DNA from: an uncultured Flavobacteriaceae bacterium
Lineage (GTDB): Bacteria > Bacteroidota > Bacteroidia > Flavobacteriales > Flavobacteriaceae
DNA length: 64,000 nucleotides
Reading direction: 5' to 3'
NCBI GenBank assembly: GCA_913045325.1
Contig: CAJWPZ010000006.1
Coordinates: forward strand, 1,660-65,659
The position numbers and the translations under genes were made by a program. Shown piece by piece: positions 61,549 through 64,000 of this stretch; position 1 is the stretch's first letter, and each line of letters begins with the position of its first letter. The notes under the pieces were generated by a model, which worked only from the letters and a program-made list of their open reading frames with translations, ran no database searches and was not told the DNA's origin.

Positions 61549-62679
61549 CTAATGCGCTCCTTTTTTTGATGAAAGTGCTGCCAACTCCTTACCAATACTG
61601 CTCCCAATGGCAACACCCATGCCACCCAAACGAACACCGCAGTAAACATTAGGATGAATTTGTTTTATTATGGGCTTTTTTTGGCTTCCAACCCCCATAA
61701 TACCACTCCAACGGGTATCTATCTCGAAGGGGGTTTGAGGTAATATCGTGCTTTTTAAAAGCTGTTCTAGCCTGTTTTGTATAATGGGAGTAAGTCCTGT
61801 TTGGGAGGTGTTTTCTGCCTCGAAGTCAAGGTTTCTAGCCCCGCCAAACAAAATTCTATCATCAATATTTCTAAAATAATAATAGCCGCAATCAAGATGG
61901 AAGGTGCCTTTAATGGCTAAGTTTTTAATGGGTTTTGTGATGAGCACCTGCGCTCTTGCCGGAGTTACATCTTCTTGCAGGAGTTCTCTAGCAAATCCGT
62001 TGGTGGCAATACATATGTTTTTTGCTTCAACAGGTAGAGAGCCAATGGTAAAAACTGGCAATGTACCCTCTTGAGAAATGGCCTTTACTGGCGCATTGTT
62101 TAATATCAAAATCCCTTTTGAAGTGGCTTTTTCAAGTAATGCGGTCATCATCTTACCGGTATCAAGTTGCCCTTCAAATTTATTGAAAATAGCTTTAGAG
62201 GCTACTTTTTCAAACCCAAAAGGGGTATCAACCAAAGAAAACACATTGGCATTAAAAATAGGGTAAAGCAGCTCATTAATAAGGTCTAGGTTTTTGACAC
62301 ACCTATCAAAAACAGCGCTGTCTGTCTCTGGAAAAAGCTCATATCCTCCCAATTGTCTGTAGGCAATTCTTTGGTCTGTTAAGGCAGCTCTAAGAGTAGA
62401 AAGCCCCTTAAGGCGCTCAGAAATAAGGGCAACCACCTCACTTTCAGTGTGTGTTGTAAGGTCCTGTAATATTTCAGACATGCTGCCAAAACAGGCAAAT
62501 CCTGCATTTTTAGTGCTAGCGCCACTTGGCAACATTCCTTTTTCAAACACCACAATTTTAGCCTCTGGATGAAGCTCCCTTAATTCTAGGGCGCAACTAA
62601 GACCAACAATTCCACTGCCAATAATAGCAAAGTCTATGTTTGTAAACCATGAGGTATGTTCCCAGTAGGATAGATTCAT
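61549..62679 (-). CDS. FAD-dependent oxidoreductase (DAO/PuuB-like)
   Basis: IIGSGIVG, GASTKNAG, ATNG, WSGIMG and GGMGVA. Confidence 0.9.
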   Translation of the reverse strand: MNLSYWEHTSWFTNIDFAIIGSGIVGLSCALELRELHPEAKIVVFEKGMLPSGASTKNAGFACFGSMSEILQDLTTHTESEVVALISERLKGLSTLRAALTDQRIAYRQLGGYELFPETDSAVFDRCVKNLDLINELLYPIFNANVFSLVDTPFGFEKVASKAIFNKFEGQLDTGKMMTALLEKATSKGILILNNAPVKAISQEGTLPVFTIGSLPVEAKNICIATNGFARELLQEDVTPARAQVLITKPIKNLAIKGTFHLDCGYYYFRNIDDRILFGGARNLDFEAENTSQTGLTPIIQNRLEQLLKSTILPQTPFEIDTRWSGIMGVGSQKKPIIKQIHPNVYCGVRLGGMGVAIGSSIGKELAALSSKKGAH

Positions 62680-62731
62680 AAATAGTATTATATTTAAGCC
62701 TGTTTGCTTTTATAAATTTAATTACATTCTG

Positions 62732-64000
62732 ATGAAAACCAACTACAGACTATTACTTGTTTTTATTTTATTCTCTTTTTTATCATTTTCTCAACAACCT
62801 GGAGATGAAATTGAAATTCAAACCATCGAATTTGATGGCTATCCTGTAGGAGAGGGTTGGCTCTCTCCAAGAGAAGGATATTTTGATTTTACTTCTTTGG
62901 AGGGGCTTGATTTTGAGAAAGTGTACATTAAATACAAGCTAAAGTGTGATCCAACTCAAAATCCAAATTGTGGTGAGTGGGATTACCTCTCCTACCTTAA
63001 AGTTATTGAGCATACAGGAAAAGGGCTGCACCCCAACTATTATATTGGTGGTAGCGGAGGCTTAACCCCTGATAGTTTTTCTTACATGAACAACACTGCT
63101 TGGAGCTACACCCCCAGGTATGAGCAAACCATTGTTTTTGATGACCCCTCTTCGCTATCTGCCTACCAAGTAGGTGAGGGAGCACAAGAAATTCAAAACC
63201 CTTTTAACGCCTCTTTGCAAGACTCTCAAACGCAGTATTTGTTTAGACAATCTGAGCTTGTGGCCTCTGGCTTAACTCCTGGAGATATTACAGGTATGCA
63301 GTTTAATATTCTTGATACTGGAGGAGAAATGCAACATCTTAGAATTGGCATAAAAGCTACTACACAAAATGAATTACAAGAAAATGAGATAATAACAGAT
63401 TTTGTAGAGGTATTTGCTAAGGATTATGCCTTTAGCGATACCGGCTGGCAGCATATTGATTTTCCTTCTTTTTTTAGCTGGGATGGGTTTTCAAACATCA
63501 TAGTAGAGGTTGCCTTCACGGGTAAAGATGGCGCAAGTTCGGTGTCACTAAGTGGTGAGGCCTACCCTTGGGGTTGTGCTAGCCAGGCCTCGGCTACAGA
63601 TGCTTATTTTAATTTTAATGGGCCAGATAAATTAGAGGTCCCTACCACAAACCTAACAGAGATAGAAAATGAAGTGACCATTTCTTTTTGGCTAAACGGA
63701 AATGGAGAACAGCCGCAAAATGATAGTGTTTTTGACGTCCATGATGAAGATGGAAATAGAGTTTTAAACATTCATTTGCCTTGGAGCAATCAAAGAGTGT
63801 ATTGGGATGCAGGAGACGCAACTGGCTATGACCGAATAGATAAAGAAGTGGATGATACCGATCAGTATAAAGATGTTTGGAACCATTGGGCCTTTACTAA
63901 AAATGCAGCTACTGGGGTGATGAATATTTACCTCAACGCAGAACTATGGCATACCGGCACAGGACTTAATAGACCTATAGGCGCCATCGCTGATTTTAAC
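62732..64000 (+). CDS. Secreted peptide-N-glycosidase F-related protein with LamG-like domain (5' part only)
   Basis: Not in the ORF track. Open frame from ATG 62732 to the window end: signal peptide MKTNYRLLLVFILFSFLSFS, KLKCD...CGEWDY (PNGase F-like), then TISFW...WNHWAFT...IYLN (LamG). Confidence 0.75.
   Translation, partial: MKTNYRLLLVFILFSFLSFSQQPGDEIEIQTIEFDGYPVGEGWLSPREGYFDFTSLEGLDFEKVYIKYKLKCDPTQNPNCGEWDYLSYLKVIEHTGKGLHPNYYIGGSGGLTPDSFSYMNNTAWSYTPRYEQTIVFDDPSSLSAYQVGEGAQEIQNPFNASLQDSQTQYLFRQSELVASGLTPGDITGMQFNILDTGGEMQHLRIGIKATTQNELQENEIITDFVEVFAKDYAFSDTGWQHIDFPSFFSWDGFSNIIVEVAFTGKDGASSVSLSGEAYPWGCASQASATDAYFNFNGPDKLEVPTTNLTEIENEVTISFWLNGNGEQPQNDSVFDVHDEDGNRVLNIHLPWSNQRVYWDAGDATGYDRIDKEVDDTDQYKDVWNHWAFTKNAATGVMNIYLNAELWHTGTGLNRPIGAIADFN

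Overview
A gene-dense chromosomal segment from a Flavobacteriaceae (Bacteroidota) genome. This assignment rests on TAnnTTT(G/A) -7 promoter motifs, A-rich translation starts without Shine-Dalgarno sequences, T9SS components and cargo, and a split atp operon. In order, the window holds: the end of a surface-polysaccharide locus (pyruvyltransferase, GT2, GT4, two paralogous O-antigen ligase/Wzy-like proteins, UDP-glucuronate decarboxylase, WcaJ); a housekeeping block (ltd, purF, PfkB kinase, rnhA, purN, acpP-fabF-rnc, pyk, dinB, cutC, dprA, dut-nucleotidyltransferase-TPR-DUF4292-EnvC, flippase); sprE/porW-bactofilin-atpZ/I-atpBEFHAG; queD, lpxH, recJ, rsmI, tdk, alr and asd. An accessory cassette follows at 52.5-57.2 kb: two paralogous diheme c-type cytochrome lipoproteins flank a T9SS-secreted FG-GAP/ASPIC-UnbV protein, with a DoxX gene downstream. 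The window ends with a prolyl oligopeptidase, an orphan ABC ATPase, HupE/UreJ, a Gre-like protein, an FAD oxidoreductase and a truncated PNGase F-like/LamG protein. I saw no rRNA, tRNA, CRISPR array or mobile element. The best candidates for something new are (1) the putative cell-surface diheme cytochrome/T9SS-cargo redox cassette, (2) an unannotated ~77-nt sRNA with its own promoter and terminator between ltd and purF, (3) apparent proteome-wide Glu->Gln drift, (4) a set of leaderless-type promoters, (5) a terminator-like hairpin inside the first codons of rnc, and (6) a missed 47-aa membrane protein. Family assignments come from recognised motifs; no database searches were run.
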